Of a stretch of 64,000 nt of DNA, positions 47,359 to 58,616 are shown in pieces; within the stretch, counting starts at the first letter, position 1; the number at the start of each line of letters is the position of its first letter. The position numbers were made by a program, and so were the translations under genes. The stretch is from Podarcis vaucheri. Lineage: Eukaryota. The notes below the pieces were generated by a model. The model was not told the DNA's origin. It did no database searches and was given only the letters and a program-made list of their open reading frames with translations. The stretch lies in assembly GCA_965113315.1 (NCBI GenBank), contig OZ220369.1, one strand, 5' to 3'.

Positions 47359-50300
47359 TTATTATTTATACCCCACCCATCTGGCTGGGCCTCCCCAGCC
47401 ACTCTGGGTGGCTTCCATAGAAACCAAAAATACAATAAAATATCACATGTTAAAAACTTCCCTGAACAGGGCTGCCTTAAGATGTCTTCTGAATGTCAGT
47501 TAGTTGTTTATCGCTTTGACATCTGCTGGAAGGGCGTTCCACAGGGCGGGTGCCACTACCGAGAAGGCCCTCTGCCTGGTTCCCTGTAGCTTTGCTTCTC
47601 GCAATGAGGGAACCGCCAGAAGGCCCTCGGCGCTGGACCTCAGCGTCCGGGCAGAATGATGGGGGTGGAGACGCTCCTTCTTTGTTGTAGGCCAAGCAAA
47701 AGTCAGAGGTTTTCCCTCTCCACCCTCGATCCAGGCAAGGAAAGAAGATCACCACACTTCAAGAACATATTCCAACCAGGCAAAAAATCTTGGGTGCAGA
47801 AGAGGGCTAATGAGCTAGTGAGGTGTGTTGCCTGGGGAGAGTTCTGAGGGCCACATTCAGCCCTGAGTCTGAAGTTCCCCACTCATGCTCTAGATTAAGA
47901 CTTCTGTGTAACTGGAAAGTTTGAATATTTCCTTTAGCAACAGAAGTTGGCCAAAAGGGTCATCAGCTTATCTGCTTTGTATCTCATAAATTTCTATAGC
48001 AAACTCTACCTTTTATACTTCCCTTTGACTTCACTGTAATTACTTTAGTAACTTTACCTTCTACTTACAATGTAATTTACACAGAGAAGTAGATCATTTA
48101 ATAAATAACCCATTTTAAATCATGGGCCTTGTGTCTAGCAGAGACTTATTCCTCAACAGCCCTGACATTAGCTGGATTAGCCCTTTCTTGGGATTAGTGA
48201 GCTAATATACACCCTGATACTGTAAACATTGTGGCAGAAGTCAGTCCTATTGACATTAATTGAACATTTATGCTAAGTGCACTTAGGATCGTAGCCAAAA
48301 GGCATGTTCATTCCCACATGCGGGAGGCACTACCTGATGGCTAAATCAACCATGTGATTAATACCCAGAGGTACTATTACCAACTGTTTGCTCTCTGTCT
48401 TGTCCTGGCAGGGAGACAGAACATTACAGCTGCCAGACTTTCCTTAGGGTGTTTACACAACTGTCATGTGCATAAACATTTTGGACAAGAAAATATTTCA
48501 TAGAGAGCAAATATTTCATCATATAGTGTGGACAAAATGTGAGTGGACAGGTGGTAGAATTGCCAGCTCAAAAGTTCAAACTTACTCTGGAGCTATGTTA
48601 CTTTTTACAGACCTCACCCAACATGTTAGGCTTGGGAATGTGATATGGCCAGGGCCACCTCTTTAAAGATCTAGCAACTCTAGTGAATGTCCACATTCTT
48701 TTTACTATATAACTCTGCAAGGACTTCTTATCATTGTGATAGGATTCTCTTATTTTCACCAGAAATGTGTTCTCATATGCAAATAAGCAGTCATTAAATT
48801 TATTTTGCATATGAAAATATTCATACTGACCTATATTATAGTTTTTACAACTATAATGACCAAAGATTTCAGTCATCCACAGTTAAGTCTTCCTGGCTGA
48901 TTAGCTGTTATAGAAGACATAGTCCTGTTTTTAAATTTTCAGTCACAGACCATTACTTAGCTTTAAATATTCCAGATGCTGGAACGCCATACACAAAATA
49001 CCTGGGCAGATTGGCAGGTGAAGGTAAGCACCAGGACGTGCCAGGGGTCTGCTGAAACAGCTGTCCTGGAGCTGTCATATAACTATCTGGCATGTACAAC
49101 GCTTCATTACCATCACAACCTGCAGGGAGTGGAAAACAAGCTCAGTGATCAGATCCTGAATACAGAGGCCAACATGGTGTTTACAATACAGTGGTACCTC
49201 GGGTTAAGAACTTAATTTGTTCCGGAGGTCCGTTCTTAACCTGAAACTGTTCTTAACCTGAAGCACCACTTTAGCTAATGGGGCCTCCTGCTGCCGCCGC
49301 TGCGCAATTACTGTTCTCATCCTGAAGCAAAGTTCTTAATCTGAGGTCCTATTTCTGGGTTAGCGGAGTCTGTAACCTGAAGCGTCTGCAACCTGAAGCG
49401 TCTGTAACCCAAGGTACCACTGTATAAGAAACCAGAAGTAGGGCCAGCCTTTCTGAAGCAACACCTCGTTCCTCAGGGCTGTTTCAAAGAACACCAGGAC
49501 GCTGGAAAGGTTACATTAAGTTCTTATATAATTGCTGCTATTATAGTATAAGAAGTGCAATATACCGTATCTTTCATAGCATGTGCTATGATCATGTAGG
49601 TTTTATTAATTACATGAAACTAAAATATTAGCCATCAAATCACAGGGTGAGGGTCTGTTGGCTCAGAGTGGGGCCCTGTTTGCATGAGAGACAGAGGGAG
49701 AGTGAGTGGGCTTCTATATGTGAAACAGGGAGTAGGAACTCTTTCTAAGACTATTGGTTATCTAAAACGTTTGATTGTCTTGTGTTTGTTTTTTACCACG
49801 GCATTTGGTTTTTGTAGTTCTGCTTTTTTTCCTTGTGACAGAATTGTTATCGAGGGTTTTTTTTGTAATTTTTGTATGCTGTTGTTTTTACTTTGCTTAA
49901 TTTTATTAGTTGTCCCTGCTCTGTGACTGAAAATGTTCAGTGAAGAGCGGACTACTAAATGCAACAAAATAAATAAATAGATTACACCAGATTTATTACT
50001 AGAGAAATTGGTCCCCCACCTAACATACCTTGAAATTGAAAAGAATGTTCCTGAGGCAAGAATGGGCAGAAGGGTGCAGGGGGCATAGGAAGTGGAGGGG
50101 GGAACCAAGCAGTATGAGGTGGTTGATGTCCTCTAAGGGCCCACGGCAGTTCTGTCACTTTAGAGCAGTGAGGGAGAGGCAACCAAGAACATTCCTAGAG
50201 AACAATGCACAATGCAATGCAAATACAGCTTATAAATATTGCAAACATCATACAAATTATTTCATCAAATAAAAGAAGCAATTTTAAAAAAAAGTTTCTG

Positions 50301-51627
50301 CTCAAATCATTGATTGACACGAAATATATTAATTAACTTTGGGAAATCCTGATAGCATGATAGGGGACATTCTCTGTGAGGTTATAGCCAGAGAATCAGT
50401 CAAGTCTCCTAGATCTTAAAGGAGTGAAGGAAACAAAGGGAGGCATCACAGGCTACACTGAGATTCCAGAGCAGTTTTGCCAGGGAGCACACCTTTCCAC
50501 TCTCTGGCACTGCCCACGCCTGCCAAGCCTACTGTTGCAGGGAGTTCCACAGGCTCAGGTTGGATATATAAGGGGAAGCAGCCCTTACAAAAAAACACAC
50601 ACACACCCCAAGTGCTAATAGTGACTCCAGTGTTATGCTGGCAAACATATATGAGGCTGGCTACTTTATGTTTAATTTGATGATCTCAAGACTACATTTT
50701 GAGGCTTCCAGCTTTATTTCATTTCTCATTTCCTGCCCACTTTGCTAACAACTCTATGACAACAAAGCTGAGTTTAGCTTTGGAAAGGGCATATTGTTGC
50801 CAGTATAAAGAGAAGACCGGAAATCTCTTTCTGCAAGTGCCAACCACAATCTACTGTTAAAATGACCCCATCAAATAAGAAGACAAGATAAGTGATCTAG
50901 TCCCTTTTCCTCACCTTCCTGGCTGCTCTCTGCCTTTGTCTTCGTAGGAGTCCAGGAACCCCTCTGAGTCCATCCTCTGAATCTTTCAAGGGTTCTTCAT
51001 TCTCTTTCCTGCCTGTACAACAAAAGAGAAGAAGCTTGTGGGTCACTAGCTGTGAACTGGAATGTTGCCTGAATTTTGAAAAAGTCATGTAATGGTAGTT
51101 CATTTGGTGTCTGTCATGCTGCACAGCAAAGGGAAGCAGGGCTATTTCATTGACTCTGCTGCAGGTCTGTGCAGAGCTTGTCCGAGACACGGGGCCTGAG
51201 GCTTGTTCTTGACATGACAGCATAGATCCAGCAGGCTCCTGGCAGGGCATCCTGGCCCTCTTAGCCTTCCAAGGTCTGGGGCAAGTGTACCCGGCTGCCT
51301 CCCCCCTCACAGGTCTGCTCTGATGAGAGACTAACACCTTCAACCCTCCCTGAGCTGTCCCCAGCAGCACTATTCCATCAGATTATCTGAAGTTGGTTGT
51401 TTAAGAACTGAAACTTTAAGAACTGATACCTTCCTGCTTTCCCCTTGTTTGCCACAACATTTAGATTGTAAGCTTGAGGGCAAGGACTGTCTTACAGAAA
51501 TTGTTAGTAAGAGGCTGAAGGAGCCTTTTCAGTGAAAAATAATGGAGTAAAAAATACTTAAAATAAATAAGTGTATTTATTACTTAAAATCTGACAAGCA
51601 GCCAATTTACCTCCTATGATAAGGTAT

Positions 51628-51659
<32 letters not shown>

Positions 51660-52625
51660 GACATTTTTACTCAGTCTTCAGCCAAAAAAGATTTCTAGAG
51701 CTGGCTTACAAATGTCAGTAGTGCAACAGTCCCTGCCCACAGTCATGACAAACCAAAACCTAAAAGACATGACAAAGAAAAGAAAAAAGGAAATGGGAAG
51801 AATTAAAAAAGCAAACACAGACACAGAATGCTTCTAAATACCAGCCTGGATGGATTTTTTCAAGGAGAGAAGGAGCCAAAGGTTGCTGGACTTGCAGCAG
51901 TCCCTGAGTCCCTGACCCTAAGGACAAAACTACATACCGTATTTTTTGCACCATAACACTCACTTTTTTCCTCCTAGAAAGGGGAAATGTCTGTGCATGT
52001 TATGGAGGGAATGCCTACGGGTGGCCATGCCTACGGATTTTCCTCCTCTAAAAACTATGTGCGTGTTATGGTCGGGTGCGTGTTATAGAGCGAAAAATAC
52101 GGTACATATTTTAACAACCACCACACAAACAGGTTTTTTTTTTGGAGAAATTCAGTTTCAGGAGGATAATTTTGGAGCATGAAAAATTGTGGGGAGAACG
52201 CACTTAACCCTCTTCCCACTTGTTAATTTTTGTGTGTACTCTTAATCAGCTTTTCCATTTAAGTTCAAAGCATCTGTTTGCAAGGGCTCATGGAGCTGAA
52301 TTTGCGAAAATCATTCCTTGCCAGCACAAATCCTCATTTATTTCATTGCAGCCATTCACATCGGACATATATTTTCTGCTCCCCTATGTTTGGCAGCCTG
52401 TCTTATTATTGTTATATATGTATTTATACCCGCCTTTTTCTCTGGTGGTGTTCTTTTGTTTTAGAACTCAGAGGCGATTGAGAAAGTCAGTTGCTCCCAT
52501 ATAAGCTGATGGGATTGTATATATAATTAATGCTAAATGCTATAATCCTAAACACATTTAGGACTGGAAGCAAATTCAGATCAATGAGGAGTACAGTTCA
52601 GTCCTTTGCATTTATTTATTTATAT

Positions 52626-52661
<36 letters not shown>

Positions 52662-54192
52662 CATTTATTCATACCCTGCCCATCTGTCCCATGTTTTCCT
52701 GTTCTCATAGCAGCTTACCTATGTCTCCCCTACATGGTTTGATCCCTTTTGGCTGTTTGGCTGGGTGGAGAGAGCTTGATGTGGGGCTGTCCTGAAGTTG
52801 CAGCAAACCACTGGTCAGCTTCCTCAGCTCCATCTCCTGCTGCCTGCGCAAGGCCACCTGGGCAGCCATGACCCGGCGTCTCTGCCTGGGAGGAGAAACC
52901 ATTAAATAAATAAAGAATTAAAGTGGTAGAGTGGGCAGATACAAATCACACACAAGCAAAGAGTTCTTGGCCTTTTCCCTACGATGTAACAAAACCTGCT
53001 TTTCTCCCTTTGAGGCCTTTTTTGCAGCCCTTGGCAACATTTGATGCCCTCCACTCCTGGGCTAGGCTTTGGGAAGAAGGTGTGAGGGCTCTCTGGCAGG
53101 GTCCTAAGGTCCTACTGCCTCCTTCCCAAAGCCTAGTTAGTGCTTCCTCAGCGATGGGAAGGAAGTGAGAGGGATCTAGAACCCTGCCGGAGCCTAGCAC
53201 CTCCTTCACAAAGCATGGCGTCTCGCTAGTCAGCTTTGGAAAGGCAGTGCTAAGGGTTGGGGTGGGAGCATCAAGTTTTGGCCTTGCTTTCCTCCTCCCA
53301 CGTGACAAGACCATAGCTGTCAACTTTCAGATTTGAAAATAAAGGATCAGCAGCCTCAAAAATAAGGGATCAGCAGCCTCACCTGTCCCAGGGACAGTCT
53401 ACAGGATATCTTAACAATCCAGGATAGCAGCGGGAAGCAGCGCTGGAATAAGGGAATTTCCCGCAAAAAAAGGGGGAAGGTTGACAGCTATGGACAATGC
53501 AGTGTATGTAGCCTGCTGGTTCCATGTTGAAGTACTCTTGCGGCCTACTAGGTATGAAAAGTTGGCCTGTCCTGCTTTGGAGTTTCAGATGCATATTTAA
53601 CCTTCCTGGTTCTCTAGTCATACCCTCCCAAGATTGCCTTTTTCCAGTTTTCTAAGCCATCCATGCACATTTGCATACAGATTCTTCCTCTAGGATACCA
53701 AGCAAGGAGCTGCAAGGAGTGTACTTTAAAAAGAAAAACATTGTGCCATACATCATTGCAAGTATTAATGGGCTTGCTGCGGAGCTAGCAAAGCACAAAG
53801 GGGAGAGGTAGTACTTGCAGCTTAATATGACGAAAAAAGAAGGCCTTATTCATAAGGAAACAGTGCCACCTACTGAGACCAGCACTGTGCTACGTTCAAC
53901 ACAAATCCCCACAATGTCAGGGGCCAGCACCCACTTCCATCTTGCTTTCCCACCAGACGTACAGGATCAGGATACATTTTTCACACTGGCACCCCTGGAA
54001 CTGGCAAGTGTGCTTGTGGCCTTTCAGTGGGACTCGGATGCCATGATTGCGGCAGCGGGCACAGGTTGGAAAGCGTACGATGGCGGGGAGCGCATAATCA
54101 TCTTGGGTGCTGCTGTCATCTGTGGTGGAGTCTGAGGGGGAGCACCGCATGTTTGGTGCTGCTCCAGCGTCAGGATCCTCATTGTCTCCCAT
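42747..54192 (-). CDS. DMRTC2: Doublesex- and mab-3-related transcription factor C2 (DMRT7) orthologue, 8 coding exons, 673 aa
   Basis: complement(join(42747-42916,44359-45355,46624-46699,49002-49119,50029-50194,50915-51012,52719-52885,53963-54192)); 2022 nt, in phase. DM domain [10 protein letters not shown]...[42 protein letters not shown] and the C-terminus [17 protein letters not shown] all parallel mammalian DMRTC2 (recalled GKEN, LQQEAAEALVGL, PSVALHIGRLGSISLLS). Confidence 0.88.
44359..45355 (-). CDS. DMRTC2: DMRTC2 coding exon 7 (997 nt, Pro/Ser/Gln-rich)
   Basis: PTSSAHV...[16 protein letters not shown]...KDPE; open frame of 332 codons; donor G|GTACAC. Confidence 0.82.
45515..45615 (-). 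mobile_element. Penelope-like remnant with decayed hammerhead-like motif
   Basis: Reverse strand reads CTGATAAAGTGGACTGTAACCCACAAAAGCTTA, i.e. CTGAnGA and GAAA cores each with one mismatch. Confidence 0.5.
46624..46699 (-). CDS. DMRTC2: DMRTC2 coding exon 6
   Basis: [26 protein letters not shown]; long polypyrimidine tract + cag; CAG|GTATTT; phase 2 to 0. Confidence 0.68.
47311..47680 (-). mobile_element. L2 LINE 3' fragment inserted in an older hAT-like element (47201-47887)
   Basis: Nearly identical to 40003-40350; long (TAA)n tail; flanks CAGGGATAGGAA...TTCCCCACTCATG with (T/C)TCT(G/A)GAT TSD. Confidence 0.85.
49002..49119 (-). CDS. DMRTC2: DMRTC2 coding exon 5
   Basis: [15 protein letters not shown]...PANLP; ctgcag / AG|GTATTT; phase 1 to 2. 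Confidence 0.72.
49189..49422. mobile_element. Tc1/mariner (Tigger-like) MITE
   Basis: CAGTGGTACC TIRs, TA TSD; same family as 1355-1585. Confidence 0.85.
50029..50194 (-). CDS. DMRTC2: DMRTC2 coding exon 4
   Basis: ECSWLPLPH...[20 protein letters not shown]...; phase 0 to 1; proline-rich like the DMRTC2 middle region. Confidence 0.8.
50915..51012 (-). CDS. DMRTC2: DMRTC2 coding exon 3
   Basis: [11 protein letters not shown]...RAARK; tacag / AAG|GTGAGG. Confidence 0.8.
51937..52102. mobile_element. Tc1/mariner-type MITE
   Basis: TIRs CCGTATTTTTTGC / GCGAAAAATACGG with TA flanks. Confidence 0.8.
52627..52660. repeat. (AAC)n microsatellite
   Basis: About 11 AAC units. Confidence 0.9.
52719..52885 (-). 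CDS. DMRTC2: DMRTC2 coding exon 2 (DM recognition helix)
   Basis: [22 protein letters not shown]...GDI; cccag / G|GTAAG. Confidence 0.93.
53312..53492. mobile_element. hAT-type MITE
   Basis: Perfect TIRs CATAGCTGTCAAC / GTTGACAGCTATG; imperfect 8-bp TSD GACAAGAC / GACAATGC. Confidence 0.78.
53963..54192 (-). CDS. DMRTC2: DMRTC2 coding exon 1 (DM zinc module)
   Basis: MGDNEDP...[38 protein letters not shown]; ACCATGG start; acceptor just upstream (exon starts 54203); donor CT|GTACGT. Confidence 0.93.
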
Positions 54193-55264
54193 GGTGTGGG
54201 AACCTGAAAGGCAGGGGAGAAACATCATGTCTCGGAATGTGAAGCCATTTCTTCGATCCAAACAGAGCCGCCCATCCAAAATGTTGACTAGAACCAGCTT
54301 TGAAGGTTTCCTGATGCGCTCCTTGACCACTTCAAATGTATACCCTCGTCTCAGTCTTGCAATATGCCTGAAAAGATACATTTTCTTTGCCTCTAAAATG
54401 GCATCTTTCCTATTTTAGATAGTTGCACGATGCTGGTGGCGGAGCAGGATTACCCAAACAGAGGATAATAAATGGGTGAGGTCAAAGGTGTGATTGCCTG
54501 GGCTGGCCTTTGACATTTTTGCTCCCAGTATGAAAATTGAAAATGACCCTAAGGCAATTGGCTGATTTTATTTTATTTATTTTTTTAATGACAAGCACAT
54601 CCCAGTCCATACTTGGAAGTGAGCCTTTCCTTTTTTCTAGGGGATTCACTTTCAAGTAAGTATATTTTGGATTGCAGCCACAGAGATGGAGATTAGAGGT
54701 GGGAAAATGGCAACCCCTCTGAAATTTGATGCAACCGCTTCATGCGAAGGCCTGCTCTGGTTACGGTCACCTGGACCACCCAAATTACCAACATTTGCTT
54801 CTGGAGAAATATGAAATAGACTCCTGGAGGAGATTATGCCGCTATAATCTTGACATGACCGAGAGGGACTCATGCCATGGAATTACTACAGAAACATGAC
54901 ATAATTTTAAAACGCTGGGGTGTGTTTGAAGCCAGGTTGCTGTTGGGGAAGTATTGGAAGCGCACTTCATGCACGGTGTCCAAATGACGTGAAGTTAAGG
55001 CACAGCAGTTGTGTGAAAGGACACTGTGGGTTTACGAGGGAATTGTGTCACTAGATAGCCAAGTTAAGTAACTGAGTGTTGCGACAGGCAATTGTGTCAC
55101 CATCTTGTTTTTGACAGGATGACGGGATCCTGTGGGATGGTTGCTAGTGATGCCCTCACAAGGAAGGTGTGTCAATACTATGAAAAAATTGTTGGGTGAG
55201 GAGAATGCAGATTTTATTTCCGAAGGCTAATTAATTAAGGTTCTGAGGCAACATTTTTATAGCA

Positions 55265-55730
55265 TTACCATGTCACTTTGAAACCGATATATATATTGGC
55301 TACGGGATACTTTTGTGGAGCGGCGTGACAAAAAAAAAGGAGAACTGAAGAGTATTTCAGAACGCTATAAAAGGCAAGCAAGCATTCATGCACATAAAAC
55401 GGTTCCCAGAGCACTCGCTTTAACTCCGACGTCAAACAACCAATCACAGCATGCCTATCATTCGCTGCTTGGACAGCGAGCCAATGAAAAGTGGCCTTTT
55501 ATTACTCCCTTAGCCCCCGTGACCAGACAAAAATCATTCGTTCGCCCCCGCGCCTCGCCAGGTTGCTACTTTGAGTGCTTTCTGCTAAACTGTCGCTCTT
55601 CCCTCCCAACTGCAAAAAAAGAGAGAGCCAATGAGCGACGAGAGCGTCCCAGGCTCGAGCGGTGTGGGGCGGTAGTTAGGAGAAGTCCGCTCAAACTATT
55701 GAGGGGAGGAAGCTAGCAACAGTTGGGCTG
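55265..55730 (-). promoter_or_regulatory. DMRTC2 promoter / small CpG-rich island with multiple CCAAT boxes
   Basis: CCAAT at 55440, 55481 and 55628, ATTGG at 55295; CRE-like GACGTCA near 55428; MYB-like CAACAGTTG at 55717-55725; candidate non-coding-exon donor ATG|GTAATG at 55269. Confidence 0.6.
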
Positions 55731-55934
55731 AACCATTGTGGGGGAAATAGGGGGAGAAAGAGAGGACCACTGTGTTTCAAAAACAGTGAAAAAAGTTGGC
55801 GAAGGGATGCCTTTAAAAGCAAAATAATATGCTCGGGGCAGATCAGTGGAAAATACAGCGCCCACAGATTACTCTGGTTCCCTCCAAATTTTTGGGTGGT
55901 TTGCCCTGAACCAATGATTAATGAAGAATATGCT

Positions 55935-56132
55935 AAAATAAAAAAAATTCCTTCCAGTAGCACCTTAAAGACCAACTAAGTTAGTTCTTGGTATGAGCTT
56001 TCGTGTGCATGAAGTGTGCATGCACATGAAAGCTCATACCAAGAACTAACTTAGTTGGTCTTTAAGGTGCTACTGGAAGGAATTTTTTTATTTTGACTAT
56101 GGCAGACCAACACGGCTACCTGTCTGTAACTG
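55935..56132. mobile_element. Penelope-like element in inverted pLTR configuration
   Basis: Near-perfect inverted repeat with arms of about 76 bp (55935-56011 / 56019-56094), CCAGTAGCACCTTAAAGACCAAC core and ACCAACACGGCTACC tail; flanking GAAGAATAT duplication. Confidence 0.8.
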
Positions 56133-57337
56133 GAAGAATATACTGTACATGTATAGAATAGATAAGATAGAATGAGCAAGAGATCCAAGAAAGGGATCGA
56201 GCCCCTCAGCTAAACGACTTGGATGGAATTCCCCTCACCCCTAATTTGGGTGAAAGGCTATTACAACAAAAATGAAATATTGCCAAGGGCAATATTGATG
56301 GTTTTTAAAAGTGCATCAGCCACCCAAAGGCCTCCCCCCCCCCCGCCCCCAGTGTGATAGGAGTCTGAAGCTATTCCCCATTCCCTGCTTCTTTATGTGA
56401 AGCTTTTTGAAACAAAGTTATGAATTTTTATTTTTTTGGCTTGTTAGCTTATTAAATGCAGCTTGAATCAGTAGCTGGGATTTGTGCACCTCTGTGCTGC
56501 AAAATAAAGGGTATCACCCCAAACTGTATTGTCACTGCATTTATGTTCCATCTTCCCTTCAAAGAGGTCAGCGAGCTATGCATCTTTTTCTCTTCACCCA
56601 TTTTACCCTCACAACAATGCTGTGAAGTAAATTACACTGAGATGGCCCAAGGTCACCCAGCGTGCCTCATGGCTGACGGGATTCCGATGTACTCTGCTCT
56701 TGTCATTTATTTTATTTACTTATTTACTTTCATCAGGTCTATCAACCATTCCCCCCCCCCCATCGTGATAGAGCTAAAACCAAAATTTAAAATACTGACC
56801 AGGATTTCTCCAACATTGTTCGAATCACATTTACAACTTCTTTTTTTGCCTGTCAGTTAGCTACCAAAATAAACCATCCATTTATATTTATATACAAGGC
56901 TGCTATGAATATAATATGTGGGGGTGCGGACACTGTCTTGAGATTGACAGATATGAAAGAGGGACATGGAATAAAAATGCAAGCTTGTAAATAAATCCAC
57001 ACAAGTTACTAGCCTGCAACGTTATTAAAACAGCCCACTAATAATTATACATTTCCTTGCTAGCTACAGAGGAGGCGAGTCACAGAAATGCAGGCTGTTA
57101 ATTCCGATTTCAAGCTATTCCACTGAAAGGGCAATGGGAGCTGCAGAGAGACTTAGAGGCTAGTTGATAATATATTAGTCAAACTGTTGCAGGGCAAATC
57201 TGCTGTCTCACTAGAAATATTAATTACTCGTGAGTCGGATTGAAGAAAGTCCAAAAGTTTATTTACTGCAGTAAATAGGTTCAGCACGGTCACCTCCACA
57301 AAGGCTAAATGGGGACGACGACCCCCCAGACCTTTTA

Positions 57338-57820
57338 CAGTGGTACCTTGATTCTCAAACTTAATCCATTCCAAAAGTCTGTTCCAAAACCAAAGCGTTC
57401 CAAAACCAAGGTGTGCTTTCCAACAGAAACTAATACAAAATGGATTAATTCATTCCAGACTTTTAAAAAACAACCCCTAAAACAGCAATTTAACATGAAT
57501 TTTACTATCTAATGAGACCATTGCTCCAGAAAATGAAAGCAATAAACAATGTACTGCAGTCACACAATCAATTAAGAAATCAATCAATCAGTAGCTGAAC
57601 AGGGTTCCACACAGCCAAAAAACAAACAAAACCGCAAAATAAATAGCAAAAACAGACAGACCTCAGCGTAACACTCAAAACGGAAGTGTGGCACTCAAAA
57701 TGGAGCACATTTGGCTTTCAAGAAAAGTTCACAAACTGGAACACTTACTTCCAAGTTTGCAGTGTTTGGGTTCCACAAGTTGTTTGAGTACCAAGGTGTT
57801 TGAGAACCAAGGTACCACTG
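57338..57820. mobile_element. Tc1/mariner (Tigger-like) non-autonomous element
   Basis: TIRs CAGTGGTACCTTG.TTCTCAAAC / GTTTGAGAACCAAGGTACCACTG; TA TSD. Confidence 0.85.
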
Positions 57821-58277
57821 TATAGGTTTTCGAGATAAAATCCAATCAAACTGCTGCAGACATTTTCAGAGGGTAGCTGGCAGAATACTCATTGGATACA
57901 ACTTTCTAGATGTCCAGCCTGCAACTTGATGTGTGTCCAGCCCTTCTAGGGCCCCTCGCTTCCAAAGTTTTGAAGCCTACAACATACATACAAGCCTACA
58001 TACTAAAGAAAGGAGAATTGTTGTCTGAGATTTATGTTCACCTAGATAACAAGCCTACAAAAGGGGAGTTGTCCTTGGTAAGATGGCACAGCCAGACTCC
58101 CATAATTTTACTCTTCAGAAGTTCACTCCCTGAATGCCTTATCTTTGGTATTTCCAGCAACTGGGCTATGTGTCTTTTATGAACAAAACGAAACTATTAT
58201 GAACAAAGGATTTTAACAGAACTCCAATATATCATTCAGTTGGGGCTTTTTTTAATAGGTTTCTCACACAAAACATA

Positions 58278-58616
58278 GGGACGCGGGTGGTGCTGTGGGT
58301 AAAACCTCAGTGCCTAGGACTTGCCGATCGGCGGAGTGAACTCCCGTCTTTCGGTCCCACCTCCTGCCCACCTAGCAGTTCGAAAGCACCCCTAAAGTGC
58401 AAGTAGATAAATAGGTACCGCTTTATAGCGGGAAGGTAAACGGCGTTTCCGTGCGCTGCGCTGGCGCCGGCTCGCCAGAGCAGCTTTGTCACGCTGGCCA
58501 AGTGACCTGGAAGTGTCTCGGGACAGCGCTGGCCCCCAGCTTCTTAAGTGAGATGGGTGCACAACCCTAGAGTCGGACATGACTGGCCCGTACGGGCAGG
58601 GGTACCTTTACCTTTT
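58278..58616 (+). mobile_element. Sauria SINE
   Basis: GGGACGCGGGTGG head, (ACCTTT)n tail, TSD CACACAAAACAT (58265-58276, 58618-58629). Confidence 0.92.

Noticed and set aside
50897-51370. 157-aa minus-strand ORF extending upstream of DMRTC2 exon 3
   Set aside because: The candidate upstream acceptor (about 51387) gives a stop in the required phase. Only 50915-51012 fits the exon chain.
54193-54381. N-terminal extension of the DM-domain ORF in the ORF track
   Set aside because: A polypyrimidine tract and CAG acceptor lie just upstream of 54203 and ATG 54192 has a strong Kozak context, so the extension is intronic.
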